Source of the DNA: Thermoanaerobaculia bacterium
GTDB lineage: Bacteria; Acidobacteriota; Thermoanaerobaculia; Multivoradales; Multivoraceae
DNA length: 64,000 bases
Assembly (NCBI GenBank): GCA_963664405.1
Contig: OY761158.1
Coordinates: forward strand, 5,568,001-5,632,000
Reading direction: 5' to 3'
A model generated the notes under the pieces. The model did not search any database, was not told where the DNA came from, and worked only from the letters and a program-made list of their open reading frames with translations. The position numbers and the translations under genes are program-made. This document shows, one piece after another, positions 8,978 to 18,912 of this stretch. Each line of letters begins with the position of its first letter. Positions within the stretch are counted from its first letter, which is position 1.

Positions 8978-10198
8978 TTAGCCCTCCGTGGTTGGCGCAT
9001 GCTGTTGCGCGTCGAGCGCCTCCTGCGACGGCGGCAGCGTCGGCTCGCGTCCTCTCGTTACGTTGAACGGCTCGGTGTCGATCTCGTCGAGCTTCAGCTC
9101 TCCGGCCAGGACCGCCCGCTTCCACTGTTGGTGCTCTCCCTCTCTGTCGTGGAATTCCGGCATCACCTCGCGCGCAAAGAGCTCGAGGCTGGAACAGATG
9201 TCTTTGTGACTGTTTCTTCCCGCTTGGTTGAGCAGGATCACCTGGTCGACGTTGGCCTGCTCGAGCTCCGCTAGGCGCTCGCGCACGGTCGCGGGCGAAC
9301 CGATGAGCTCGCTACCGCTGCGTTGCGATCCCGCCTCCGTTTTCTTCCACTCCTGGTAGCGCTCCCAGAAGTTGACCTCTCCCGGAGCGAAGGGGCCCTC
9401 CTTGGCGTAGAGCTGCAGGCTGAACTGAAAGAAGGTCCAGCCGTCGGATTTGCGCTGTGCCTCTTCGTCCGTTTCTGCGCACATGAAACCGGCGACCACG
9501 GCGATATTCGGGTTGGTCGCATAGTCACAGAGCTTCTCTTGATCGGTGGTGAAGATGTTGTAGTAGGAATGGACCCAGGCTCTGGCAGAGTCGAGATCCA
9601 CGAACTTGAAGCACAGAGCTCCCATACCGCGGTGCGCGGCGTATTTGATCGTGTCGAGCTGGGAGCAAGCGACCCAAAGCGGCGGGTGTGGCTTCTGCAG
9701 CGGCTTGGGGATCACATTGCGGAGAGGAAAGTCGAAGTAGTGGCCGTGGAACTCCCAACCGTTCTCCCAGAACATCGGTAGGCAGGCGCGTACGGCTTCC
9801 TCCCAGACGATGCGCTTGTCGCGAAACTTCCGGCCGAAGGGGTGGAGCTCGGTCACACTCGCGCCTTCGCCTAGGCCCAGGTCGACTCGTCCGTTGCTTA
9901 CCAGATCGAGGGTCGAGACCCGCTCGGCGACGCGGGCCGGGTGGTTGGTGGTGAGCTGAACGATGCCGTGGCCGAGGCGAATGTTCTTGGTGCGCTGGCT
10001 GGCCGCGGCGAGGAAGACCTCCGGAGCGGAGGAGTGGGAGTACTCTTCGAGAAAGTGGTGCTCGACTTCCCATGCGTAGTCGTAGCCGAGCTCGTCGGCG
10101 AGGGCGATCTGCTCGAGCGAGTCCTGGATGAGAGTGTGCTCGCTGTCGGGGCCCCAGGGCCGGGGTAATTGATGCTCGTAGAAGATGCCGAACTTCAT
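8978..10198 (-). CDS. LLM-class (luciferase-like) flavin-dependent oxidoreductase
   Basis: MKFGIFYEHQ, ADELGYDYAWEVEHHF, RVSTLDLVSNGRVDLGLG, PKPLQKPHPPLW. Start ATG 10198 has a GGAGG RBS; the track's extension runs into a MITE. Confidence 0.92.
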   Translation of the reverse strand: MKFGIFYEHQLPRPWGPDSEHTLIQDSLEQIALADELGYDYAWEVEHHFLEEYSHSSAPEVFLAAASQRTKNIRLGHGIVQLTTNHPARVAERVSTLDLVSNGRVDLGLGEGASVTELHPFGRKFRDKRIVWEEAVRACLPMFWENGWEFHGHYFDFPLRNVIPKPLQKPHPPLWVACSQLDTIKYAAHRGMGALCFKFVDLDSARAWVHSYYNIFTTDQEKLCDYATNPNIAVVAGFMCAETDEEAQRKSDGWTFFQFSLQLYAKEGPFAPGEVNFWERYQEWKKTEAGSQRSGSELIGSPATVRERLAELEQANVDQVILLNQAGRNSHKDICSSLELFAREVMPEFHDREGEHQQWKRAVLAGELKLDEIDTEPFNVTRGREPTLPPSQEALDAQQHAPTTEG

Positions 10199-10257
10199 GC
10201 TCTCGCCTCCAGCGGTCGTCGCATTGTGCCAAAAGCGTATCCCATCCAGCTTCCGGG

Positions 10258-10424
10258 CTAGACCAGTCGTTTCCAAAGTTCGCGCCACCTATCTCGGCCC
10301 CTTCTGCCCGCTGGCGGCGTTGCACCTTCTCGACAGATTCCCAATATGCCTGCGTCGGCGCGCCTTGCCAGCGAACAGAATGACCTCGAGCTATGCGACT
10401 CGAACTTCGGAAACGCTGGTCTAG
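10258..10424. mobile_element. MITE-like palindromic element, copy 1
   Basis: CTAG-ACCAGTCGTTTCCAAAGTTCG ... CGAACTTCGGAAACGCTGGT-CTAG terminal inverted repeats; close second copy at 30597-30774; no transposase. Confidence 0.8.
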
Positions 10425-10499
10425 TGAGGGAAGCCGAGCCCATTTGGCGGCCGAGCCGTCGATTCGTCAACGTCGAGCGAGACCGAGGCTAGACTCTCG

Positions 10500-11888
10500 A
10501 TGAGAAGGGACGACGGGGTGCAAGATTTGATCGAGTATCTGAGTGGCGAGCAGCAGCGCTTTCGCGCCGAGCTGATGGACTTTCTGCGCATTCCGAGTGT
10601 GTCTTCCCTGCCGGAGCACACGAAAGACGTGGCCAGTGCTTCGAGCTGGGTAGCCAGACGCCTCGAAACAGCGGGCATCGGAGGCATCGAGATCCTGGAG
10701 ACCGGCGGCCACCCCGTGGTCACAGGGGGGTGGCATGGAGCTCCGGGGAATCTGACGGTGCTGATCTATGGCCATTTCGATGTGCAGCCGGTGGACCCGA
10801 TCGAGGAATGGAGCCACCCGCCCTTCCAGCCGGTGCTCGAGGACGGGCGCATCTATGCGCGGGGAGCCTCCGACGACAAGGGAAATATGTTGATTCCCAT
10901 CTTGGCGGTGGAGGCTCTTTTTGCTGTGCACCAGCGGCTGCCTCTGAATGTGAAGTTCTTTTTCGAGGGCCAAGAGGAGATCGGTAGCCCGCAGCTCCCT
11001 TCCTTCCTGGCTCGGGAGCGCGAGCGATTCGCCTGCGACCTGGTGATCAGCGCGGATGGCGGCCAGTGGGGTGAGGACCAGCCAAGCTTGCTGGTTGCCA
11101 CCAAGGGACTCGCCGCCTCCGAGCTGCATGTTCGGGGACCGAATCAAGATCTGCACTCTGGGCTCTACGGGGGGGCGGTGCAGAACCCTCTTCATGGTCT
11201 GGTGCAGATGCTGGACTCACTCCACGATGCGAACGGACGAATTCTGGTCGAGGGGTTCTATGACGACGTTGTCGAGCTCAGCGAGGAAGATCGCCGTCTG
11301 ATGGCCGCCGTTCCCCAGGACGACGAGGAGATTCGCCGGCACCTCGGTGTCGAAGCGCTCTTCGGCGAGGTCGGTTTCACCACCCTCGAACGCCAATGGG
11401 GCCGCCCGACCTTGGAGCTCAATGGCATCTCGGGCGGTTTTCAGGGCGAGGGGACGAAGACGGTGATTCCTCGCTCGGCCAGTGCCAAGATCACCTGCCG
11501 GCTGGTTGCCGATCAGGACCCGCAGCGGATCAACGGGCTGATCGCCGAGCACCTTCGCCGCCACACTCCACCCGGCGTCGAGGCCGAGCTTGTGGCTTCA
11601 GAGTCGATGGCTCACCCTTATCGGATACCCCCGGACCACTGGAGCAGGGAAGTGGCGACTTCGGTGCTTCGGCAAGTCTACGATCGAGAGCCTTACACCA
11701 TCCGTACGGGCGGCAGCATCCCGGTGTGCTCCCTCTTCAAGAAAGAGCTTGGCGCCGAGACGCTGATCTTCGCGTTTGCTCTCCCCGACGAGCGCTTTCA
11801 CGCCCCCGATGAGTTCTTTCGCCTGGCGAGCTTCGAGAAGGGGCAACGGGCCTGGTGTCTTCTTCTCGACGAGTTGGCGAGGGCCTGA
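10500..11888 (+). CDS. M20 family dipeptidase (ArgE/DapE/CNDP-like)
   Basis: YGHFDVQP, IYARGASDDKG, FEGQEEIGS, DLHSG.YGG, HAPDE. Confidence 0.92.
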   Translation: MRRDDGVQDLIEYLSGEQQRFRAELMDFLRIPSVSSLPEHTKDVASASSWVARRLETAGIGGIEILETGGHPVVTGGWHGAPGNLTVLIYGHFDVQPVDPIEEWSHPPFQPVLEDGRIYARGASDDKGNMLIPILAVEALFAVHQRLPLNVKFFFEGQEEIGSPQLPSFLARERERFACDLVISADGGQWGEDQPSLLVATKGLAASELHVRGPNQDLHSGLYGGAVQNPLHGLVQMLDSLHDANGRILVEGFYDDVVELSEEDRRLMAAVPQDDEEIRRHLGVEALFGEVGFTTLERQWGRPTLELNGISGGFQGEGTKTVIPRSASAKITCRLVADQDPQRINGLIAEHLRRHTPPGVEAELVASESMAHPYRIPPDHWSREVATSVLRQVYDREPYTIRTGGSIPVCSLFKKELGAETLIFAFALPDERFHAPDEFFRLASFEKGQRAWCLLLDELARA

Positions 11889-12073
11889 GGGTGTCTGGCC
11901 CCCCCCCCTTTCGGATAGGCCCAGTTTGCGCTATGGTGGGCTGAACTGTTGACTTATTGCCGAAGTAGTTGAGCCTGATTGATCTACCCCCGGTTGCCGA
12001 ATGTGCCAAGCACTAGGCTGGTGTGTAGCGGTCGAGGCTCGTCTCCTGTACGAGCTCGGTGAGAGGTGCTGAT

Positions 12074-12685
12074 ATGGAGCAGATAGTGAAGCCTGTTTCG
12101 AGACGACGCTTCATCCAAGGTGTCATAGCCGGCGGAGCCTCCGCCTACGGCGCGAGCTACCTTTTCCGCCAGGGCGGGGGAGTGCATGCGCAACCTGCCG
12201 CCGGCGCCGCAGAGCGGCTGGTCACTCTGAGGGTGAATGGCCAAGAACGCCGCGTCGATGTGCTCCCCCAGGAGCAGCTTGCGATGACCTTGCGCTACAA
12301 GCTGGGATTGACCGGCACCAAGCTGGGGTGTGATCGAGCGGAGTGCGGTGCCTGCACAGTACTCCTCGACGGTAAGCCTCACTACAGCTGCTCGATCCTG
12401 ACCCAGATGGTTCGGGGCCGCGAAATAACCACGGTCGAAGGCCTCGCCGCGGCGGATGGCACCTTGCATCCGGTGCAGCAGGCGGTGGTCGACGAGGCCG
12501 GCTTTCAATGTGCTTTTTGCGCGCCGGGTTTCATTATGACGATGGTCGCGACCTTGGAGGAGAATCCGAATCGCAGTCGCGAGGACATGCGCCAAGCGCT
12601 TTCCGGCAACCTGTGCCGCTGTGCGGACTACAACAAGATCCTGAACAGCGCGATGCGTGCCGCCGAGTACGTACAGAGGAGCTGA
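12074..12685 (+). CDS. Xanthine dehydrogenase/aldehyde oxidoreductase family (2Fe-2S) subunit with Tat signal (PaoA/CoxS-like)
   Basis: SRRRFI twin-arginine motif; GTKLGCDRAECGACTV, QCAFC, NLCRC. Confidence 0.92.
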   Translation: MEQIVKPVSRRRFIQGVIAGGASAYGASYLFRQGGGVHAQPAAGAAERLVTLRVNGQERRVDVLPQEQLAMTLRYKLGLTGTKLGCDRAECGACTVLLDGKPHYSCSILTQMVRGREITTVEGLAAADGTLHPVQQAVVDEAGFQCAFCAPGFIMTMVATLEENPNRSREDMRQALSGNLCRCADYNKILNSAMRAAEYVQRS

Positions 12686-12686
12686 T

Positions 12687-15107
12687 ATGGCTAGGACTTA
12701 TCACGGAACCGACTACACCCCTCCCGACCACTACGCCAAGGTGACGGGCCAGGCCCGCTACGCCGAAGACTGGCGCGCCGAGGGCATGATCTTCGCCAAA
12801 TGCCTGCTCAGCCCGATGCCCCATGCGCGAGTGCGGAGTATCGACGCCGCCGAGGCCTTGGCGATGCCAGGGGTTCACGCCATCCTCACCGAGGAAGATC
12901 TGCCCGAGCATGACGACTTGGCCGAGACCTGCGTCACCAACGAGCCTCTCTATGAGGGTGAGGCGATTCTTGCAGTTGCCGCCGACAACGAATGGATCGC
13001 GGCGAACGCGATCGAGAAGATCAAAGTAGATCTCGAGCCACTTCCCTTTGCGCTCGATCCGCTCCAGAGTCTCCGCCGCGGAGGCTCCAACGCACGGACT
13101 GATGGCAATACCATCATCCGCGAGACACCGGAGGGTGGTGGGCGCCCGACGATGGCGGTGAAGGACACGAAGTGGGACGAGGGGCTCTTCGTCGATCCCG
13201 GACGCCTGCCGATGGGCGAGCCGCAAGGTGAGTGGACCGTCGGTGATATCGACAAGGGCTTCGAGGAGGCGACTCTGATCCTCGACGAGGCGCTCTACCA
13301 TCAAAACGTGACCCATCACCCGCTCGAGCCGAGAAGCTGTATGGCTTATTGGCAGAACGGCAAACTCTTTATCCACCCCTCGACCCAGAGCACTTCGATG
13401 ACGACCGGTGCGGTCGCGAGTCAGGTGGGAGTATCGCCGGATCAGGTCGTCGTCATCGCCGAGTACTGCGGCGGTGGCTTCGGCTCCAAGATCCGCGGAA
13501 CCGTCAATATGGCGATCTCGGCGTTGTTGGCGAAGAAGACCGGGCGACCGGTGATGCATCGCATAACTCGTTACGAAGAGAACTACATGGGGCGAGCCCG
13601 CCCTGGTTTCCAGGCTCAAGCGAAGATGGGCTTCCGCGACGACGGCCGACTGGTCGCCCTCGATCTCTACATCATTCAGGACAACGGTCCTTACGGGATC
13701 TCGGGAGACTATGGCGCTGCCGGATCGATCGCATCGCTTTCCTATCAGCCGGTCAACATGCGCTGGCGCGGTGTTTCTGTGCTCACCAACACGCCGCCGC
13801 GTGCCGCTCAGCGGGCTCCCGGCGGAGAGCAGATAACCACGATGCTCGAGCCTCTCTTCGATCGAGCAGCGGAGAAGCTGGGTGTCGATCGGCTCCAGAT
13901 GCGTCGAATCAATGCCCCAGACTCCGACTCCAAGTTCCAGGCCAACCAGGCGACGCTGACCAGCGCTCTTGCCCGAGAGGCGATCGACAAGATGGAAGAG
14001 CTGGTCGATTGGAAGGAAGCCTCGAAGCTCTCACGCACCCGCAAGGGCTCGAAGGTCACCGGAGTCGGAGTGGCCTTGTCGAGCTACTCGGCAGGGTCGT
14101 TCGGCTACGACGGGCTGATGGTTCTCAAGGCGGACGGCACTCTGACCGTGTACACCGGGGCTGGGAATCTAGGTACCCATTCCATTTCCGACACGGCGCG
14201 GACGGCGGCCGAGGTACTCGACATGCCTTGGGAGCATTGCGAGGTCGTGTGGGGTAACACCGCAAAGCACCTGCCGTGGACCTCGGTCCAGGCCGGAAGC
14301 CAGACCACCCACGCGAGCACCCGCTCCGTTCACGCGGCCTCCACCGATCTCAAGCGCAAGCTTCAGGAGATCGCGGCCAAGGATCTCGGCGGCTCCCCGG
14401 AGCAATACGAGGTCGGCGACGAACGGGTCTACCGCAAGGGCAACCGCGGTCGGGGCATGACCTTTGCGGACGCCGCCAAGCGAGCGATCGAGATCGGCGG
14501 TAAATTCGACGGTCACGAGCTGCCCGAAGACATCAACAAGATGACGACGACGTCAGCCACCGCACTTGCCGGGCAGGGGCTGATGGGTGTTGCCAAGGAC
14601 AACTACGAGCGCGCCGGCCAGGTGCGCTCCTTCGTGGTCGGCTACGCCCGCGTCGAGATCGACACCGAGACCGGCGATGTGGACATCGTCGACTATGCTG
14701 CCACCGCCGATTGTGGCAGGGTGATGAACCCGCGCAGTCTCGGCGGCCAGGTGCACGGTGGCGGGGTGCAGGGCATGGGCATCGTTCTTGGTCAGAAGTG
14801 GGTCTTCGATCCCCAGTGGGGAGTGCCTTTTTCCCACCGTTTCTACACCGCAAGGCCGCCTACGATCCTCGACGTGCCGATCGAGATGAAGGCGGCTTAC
14901 GTCGACATACCGGACCCGCATACTCCAGTTGGAGCGAAGGGGATCGGTGAACCGCCGGTGGGGGCAGGCTCTGGAGCGGTGGCTTGCGCCATCCAAGACG
15001 CCCTCGGCGGGCATGCCTTCAACCGTACGCCGATCATGAGCGACATGATCCTCAACGTTCTGGAAGGACGGCCGAGCTCCTACAAGCCGTTCACCACAAA
15101 CACTTGA
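12687..15107 (+). CDS. Xanthine dehydrogenase family molybdopterin-binding subunit
   Basis: KVTGQARYAED, SPMPHAR, GGGFGSK, QRAPG, DCGRVMNP..GQVHGG..QG, KGIGEPP. ATG 12687 follows GAGGAG. Confidence 0.93.
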   Translation: MARTYHGTDYTPPDHYAKVTGQARYAEDWRAEGMIFAKCLLSPMPHARVRSIDAAEALAMPGVHAILTEEDLPEHDDLAETCVTNEPLYEGEAILAVAADNEWIAANAIEKIKVDLEPLPFALDPLQSLRRGGSNARTDGNTIIRETPEGGGRPTMAVKDTKWDEGLFVDPGRLPMGEPQGEWTVGDIDKGFEEATLILDEALYHQNVTHHPLEPRSCMAYWQNGKLFIHPSTQSTSMTTGAVASQVGVSPDQVVVIAEYCGGGFGSKIRGTVNMAISALLAKKTGRPVMHRITRYEENYMGRARPGFQAQAKMGFRDDGRLVALDLYIIQDNGPYGISGDYGAAGSIASLSYQPVNMRWRGVSVLTNTPPRAAQRAPGGEQITTMLEPLFDRAAEKLGVDRLQMRRINAPDSDSKFQANQATLTSALAREAIDKMEELVDWKEASKLSRTRKGSKVTGVGVALSSYSAGSFGYDGLMVLKADGTLTVYTGAGNLGTHSISDTARTAAEVLDMPWEHCEVVWGNTAKHLPWTSVQAGSQTTHASTRSVHAASTDLKRKLQEIAAKDLGGSPEQYEVGDERVYRKGNRGRGMTFADAAKRAIEIGGKFDGHELPEDINKMTTTSATALAGQGLMGVAKDNYERAGQVRSFVVGYARVEIDTETGDVDIVDYAATADCGRVMNPRSLGGQVHGGGVQGMGIVLGQKWVFDPQWGVPFSHRFYTARPPTILDVPIEMKAAYVDIPDPHTPVGAKGIGEPPVGAGSGAVACAIQDALGGHAFNRTPIMSDMILNVLEGRPSSYKPFTTNT

Positions 15108-15122
15108 TCGGAGGAGTGAGCA

Positions 15123-16127
15123 ATGTCCATGGTCCGCGACATGATTCCCGATTTTGAGCTCTTCCAGCCGAGCAGTGTGGAAGATGCTGTTTCTCTTCTG
15201 GATCGCCACGGCGAAGATGCCTGGCCCCTCGCCGGCGGTCTCGACAGCTTCGACTGGTTCAAGGATCGCGTAAAGCGCCCCAAGGTCGTCGTCGACCTCG
15301 GTGGCATCGAAGCGATGAGGGGAGTGAGGTCAACAGCCGAGGGGCTGGAGATCGGTGCTCTGACCACGCTTGCCGATGTGGCGAGCAATGCCGAAGTGCT
15401 CGAGCAGTTCGGCATCGTGGCCAAGGCCGCCGGCCTGGTTGCGACGCCCCAGATCCGAAACCAGGGCACCCTCGGGGGTAACGTCTCGCAAGACACGAGA
15501 TGTTGGTACTACCGCGGCGGCTGGCCCTGTTACCGCGCCGGCGGCAACGTCTGTTACGCCGATACCCCCGAGTCGATGAATCGGGAGCACTGCATCTTCG
15601 GCGCCAGTCGCTGTGTCGCGGTGAACCCCTCGGATACGGCGGGGGCGCTGGTTGCCGTGGACGCCGAGATGGTGATCCAAGGCCGACGCGGCGAGCGTGT
15701 CGTGGCAGCGGAGGACTTCTTCGTCGGGCCGGCCATCGACATCACGCGGATGACAGCGGTCAGGTCGGGTGAGCTGTTGGTCGCGATCCGTTTGCCCTCG
15801 GAGTGGGCAGGTGCCAGCTTTCATTTCGAGAAAGTGAGAGACCGTCAGAGTTGGGACTTCGCTATTGTCAGCGTTGCGGCAGTCGTGAAGGTCGAAGGTG
15901 GCACCATCCGTGACCTGCGTCTGGTGGCCAACAGTGTCGCGCCCTACCCGCTGCGGCTCAAGGAGGCTGAAGCAGAGGCACGAGGCCAGGCGGTCGGCGA
16001 TGCGGTGGCAAAGGCCGCGGGCGAGGCAGCGATTCGAGGAGCAAAGCCGCTCCAACAGAACGGCTTCAAAGTGCCGCTGTTGCGTAATCTGGTTCGCCGA
16101 GCGGTGCGCGAAACGACTGCGGCCTAG
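15123..16127 (+). CDS. Xanthine dehydrogenase family FAD subunit with PaoB-type Cys insert
   Basis: LAGGLD, IGALTTL, ATPQIRNQGTLGGN, RCWYYR..WPC..GGNVC..C.AVNPSD, NGFKVPL. Confidence 0.92.
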   Translation: MSMVRDMIPDFELFQPSSVEDAVSLLDRHGEDAWPLAGGLDSFDWFKDRVKRPKVVVDLGGIEAMRGVRSTAEGLEIGALTTLADVASNAEVLEQFGIVAKAAGLVATPQIRNQGTLGGNVSQDTRCWYYRGGWPCYRAGGNVCYADTPESMNREHCIFGASRCVAVNPSDTAGALVAVDAEMVIQGRRGERVVAAEDFFVGPAIDITRMTAVRSGELLVAIRLPSEWAGASFHFEKVRDRQSWDFAIVSVAAVVKVEGGTIRDLRLVANSVAPYPLRLKEAEAEARGQAVGDAVAKAAGEAAIRGAKPLQQNGFKVPLLRNLVRRAVRETTAA

Positions 16128-16240
16128 ACGGCGGAATGCGGGGTAGCATTTCCGCCGCCGTCGGGCTCCTGGCAGTTGTTGAGACCCGGAAGCGCTCACG
16201 CCGCGCTGTCGCGGGTTAGGAATCGGTTTCGAAGGGAGAG

Positions 16241-17107
16241 ATGGGTATGGATATTTTCCAACGTGCACAAAACCCCTGGGGCCAGGAGGTTCTGGTCAGG
16301 ATCTCTTGGGATCTGTTCTGGGTTTTCCTGGCTGTAGGCTTCGGCTTCGTCGTCGTTCATCTTCTGATGCGCGGTCGGTGGAAAGGGGAGAAGCCCAAGG
16401 CCCCAGCCGGCGCTGCGGCCGGTGTGCCTCAGAAGGTGGTGCGCCACGGCATCGTGGCTCGGCTCTTCCATTGGGTGATGGCTCTCGCCATGCTCGTGCT
16501 GCTCGTTACCGGCTTTCTACCTCAAGTCGGTATTCACTTTGCCTGGCTGAAACTGCATTGGATCTTCGGAGTGGTGCTGATCATCTCGATCATCTTTCAC
16601 ATGCTGCATGCCACGTTCGTCCTCAATTGGCGGGATATCTGGCTCTCGCCTACGGACGTCAAAGAGTGGTGGCAGGCGATGCGCCACGATCTCGGAGGCG
16701 GAGAGCCGGCTCCCAAGCCGGGTAAATACCCTGTCGATCACAAGCTCTACCATCATGCTGTTACGGTGGCGGGCTTCGCTGCGATGATTACGGGCGTCCT
16801 GATGATGTTCCGGATCGACAATCCTATCTTCGAGCGCAACACTTATATGTACAGCGACTCGACCTGGGGACTGATCTACGTGCTGCATGGCCTCGGCGGC
16901 GTTGGCTTGGTGGCCCTCACGGTGACGCATATCTATTTCGCCATTCTTCCCGAGAAGCGCTTCATCACTCGCTCGATGATCAAGGGCTGGATCTCGAAGG
17001 ATGAGTTCGCTGCTCACCACGACCCGAAGCGCTGGGACGTTGGTGGCGACGGCGGCGGCGACTCGGCTGATGCCCCGGCTGCCGCGCCGGCGTCGGAACA
17101 GGTCTGA
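16241..17107 (+). CDS. Membrane di-haem cytochrome b (formate dehydrogenase gamma / Ni-hydrogenase cyt b-like)
   Basis: RLFHW...LLVTG, LHWIFG..FH, PGKY, HG...HIYFA, SMIKGWIS..HH; several TM helices. Confidence 0.85.
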   Translation: MGMDIFQRAQNPWGQEVLVRISWDLFWVFLAVGFGFVVVHLLMRGRWKGEKPKAPAGAAAGVPQKVVRHGIVARLFHWVMALAMLVLLVTGFLPQVGIHFAWLKLHWIFGVVLIISIIFHMLHATFVLNWRDIWLSPTDVKEWWQAMRHDLGGGEPAPKPGKYPVDHKLYHHAVTVAGFAAMITGVLMMFRIDNPIFERNTYMYSDSTWGLIYVLHGLGGVGLVALTVTHIYFAILPEKRFITRSMIKGWISKDEFAAHHDPKRWDVGGDGGGDSADAPAAAPASEQV

Positions 17108-17117
17108 TTCATCGCCC

Positions 17118-17576
17118 ATGAGCTCGGTCCGAGAAGAGCTTGCTCGGCGCATCAATGCCGTCGAAGGGGGGTACGAGTTCATGCTCGCTTACGCCGCCCA
17201 GGGACTGCCATCTGAAGCGGGATCCAAGTCCGGCAGCCAGTTGCGCGTCGAGCTCCGGCAGGTCGAGGCGGCTCTCGATGGCCTCGAAGAATCGTTCGCT
17301 GCCTTCCTCGAGGAGAGGGCGCAAGCCGAAGCTGGGACGGAGCCGGGCGATTTTATTCAGGTTCTCGGGGAGGATGCCCGCAAGTCTCTGGCGGCCCTCC
17401 GATTGGTTCTCGCTCAGCCGGCGATCTCGTCGCAGCTGGTTGACAACCTCAACGCTTCGATTCATCTGCGAGCCTTGCTTACCGACGTCTTCCTGGTCGA
17501 CGAGATCCTTCAGGTTCTCGGCTCGAGTGTGCCCGCCGCGCAACAGATGGTCGAAGAAGAAGCCGGCTCGAACTGA
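17118..17576 (+). CDS. Hypothetical helical protein, probably co-transcribed with the Mo-enzyme cluster
   Basis: MSSVREELARRINAVEGGYEFMLAYAAQG...SSQLVDNLNASIHLRALLTDVFLVDE; ~10-nt gaps on both sides. Confidence 0.7.
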   Translation: MSSVREELARRINAVEGGYEFMLAYAAQGLPSEAGSKSGSQLRVELRQVEAALDGLEESFAAFLEERAQAEAGTEPGDFIQVLGEDARKSLAALRLVLAQPAISSQLVDNLNASIHLRALLTDVFLVDEILQVLGSSVPAAQQMVEEEAGSN

Positions 17577-17585
17577 CGCGTTCCA

Positions 17586-18911
17586 ATGGCGCTTGTCTCC
17601 CGCTGGGCAGTTGCCTCGTTGGCGCTCTTGGTGGCGGCGAGTAGCGGAGGCGAGCCGAATTGGCCTCAATGGCGAGGGCCCCAGGGGACAGGCTCCGCTC
17701 CTGATGCCGATCCTCCCGTAGTCTGGAGTGAAGGCGCAAATATCCGTTGGAAACTGCCGCTGCCGGGACTGGGGCATTCGTCGCCGGTGGTGTGGGGCGA
17801 TCTGGTATTCGTCACCACGGCATCGCCCCGCGGCGCTCCTTTCGAGGCGAGATACGACAACGCGCCCGGTGTGCATGACAGCGTTCCGGTTACTCAGCAG
17901 TACTCCTTCTCGGCTTTGGCTGTCAGTCGCCACGACGGAAGAATCGTCTGGGAGCGCGAGCTCGAGACCGAGACCCCTCACGAAGGGGGGCACTACTCCG
18001 GAAGCCTGGCCTCGAGCTCGCCGGTGACCGATGGTGAGCATCTCTTCGTCTTCTTCGGCTCGCGCGGTCTCTACGCTCTGAGCCTTGATGGAGGCTTGCA
18101 GTGGAAGGCCGACCTCGGGGAGATGCGCACCAAGCACTCGCATGGGGAAGGGAGCTCTCCTGTCCTTCATGGCGACGCGCTGATCGTCAACTGGGATCAC
18201 GAAGGTCAGTCGTTCGTTGCCGCGTTCGACAAGGCCACAGGTAACGAGCGCTGGAAGGTCGATCGCGATGAGGTCAGCTCCTGGGCCACGCCGATCGTGG
18301 TGGAGCACGCCGGCAAGCCGCAGGTGATCGTCAATGGGACGGGCCGAGTGAGAGGCTACGATCTCGCAACCGGCGCGGTCATCTGGGAGTGTGGCGGACT
18401 GTCGGCGAATGTGGTCGCCTCCCCGGTAGCGGCGGACGGTATGGTCTATGCCGCCAGCAGCTACGACACCCGCGCCATGTTGGCGATACGCCTGGCTGGC
18501 GCCAAGGGTGACATAACCGGTACGGATCAGGTCGCCTGGACGCGCTCGCGGGCCACTCCTTACGTTCCTTCGCTCCTCCTTTACGAAGACTCCCTATATT
18601 TTCTGCGCCACTACCAGGGAGTCCTGTCGCGCGTCGTGGCGAGAACCGGGGAGGAGAAGTCCGGCCCCTTTCGGCTTGGCGGCCTCCGAGACATTTACTC
18701 CTCACCCGTAGCCGCAGCCGGGCGGATCTACATCACCGACCGCAACGGCGCGACCCTGGTTCTCAGTCATGCGGACAAGCCCGAGCTACTTGCCCTCAAC
18801 CGGCTCGATGACAGTTTCAGCGCCTCGGCGGCGCTGGTCGGTCGCGAGTTGTTTCTTCGCGGAGAGCGCAGTCTCTACTGCATCGCGGAAGAGGGCTCCG
18901 GCTCTGATTGA
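17586..18911 (+). CDS. Exported PQQ-like beta-propeller repeat protein
   Basis: Signal peptide, NWPQWRGP, repeated SSPV/ATP motifs and G...W blade signatures. Confidence 0.88.
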   Translation: MALVSRWAVASLALLVAASSGGEPNWPQWRGPQGTGSAPDADPPVVWSEGANIRWKLPLPGLGHSSPVVWGDLVFVTTASPRGAPFEARYDNAPGVHDSVPVTQQYSFSALAVSRHDGRIVWERELETETPHEGGHYSGSLASSSPVTDGEHLFVFFGSRGLYALSLDGGLQWKADLGEMRTKHSHGEGSSPVLHGDALIVNWDHEGQSFVAAFDKATGNERWKVDRDEVSSWATPIVVEHAGKPQVIVNGTGRVRGYDLATGAVIWECGGLSANVVASPVAADGMVYAASSYDTRAMLAIRLAGAKGDITGTDQVAWTRSRATPYVPSLLLYEDSLYFLRHYQGVLSRVVARTGEEKSGPFRLGGLRDIYSSPVAAAGRIYITDRNGATLVLSHADKPELLALNRLDDSFSASAALVGRELFLRGERSLYCIAEEGSGSD

Positions 18912-18912
18912 G

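Noticed and set aside
10199-10288. N-terminal extension of the LLM ORF
   Set aside because: It begins inside the MITE; the family N-terminus MKFGIF has its own GGAGG RBS.
12062-12690. Near-identical GAGG(T/A)GCTGATATGG before two Mo-enzyme subunit starts
   Set aside because: Explained by the RBS plus start-codon context; too short to call a regulatory repeat.
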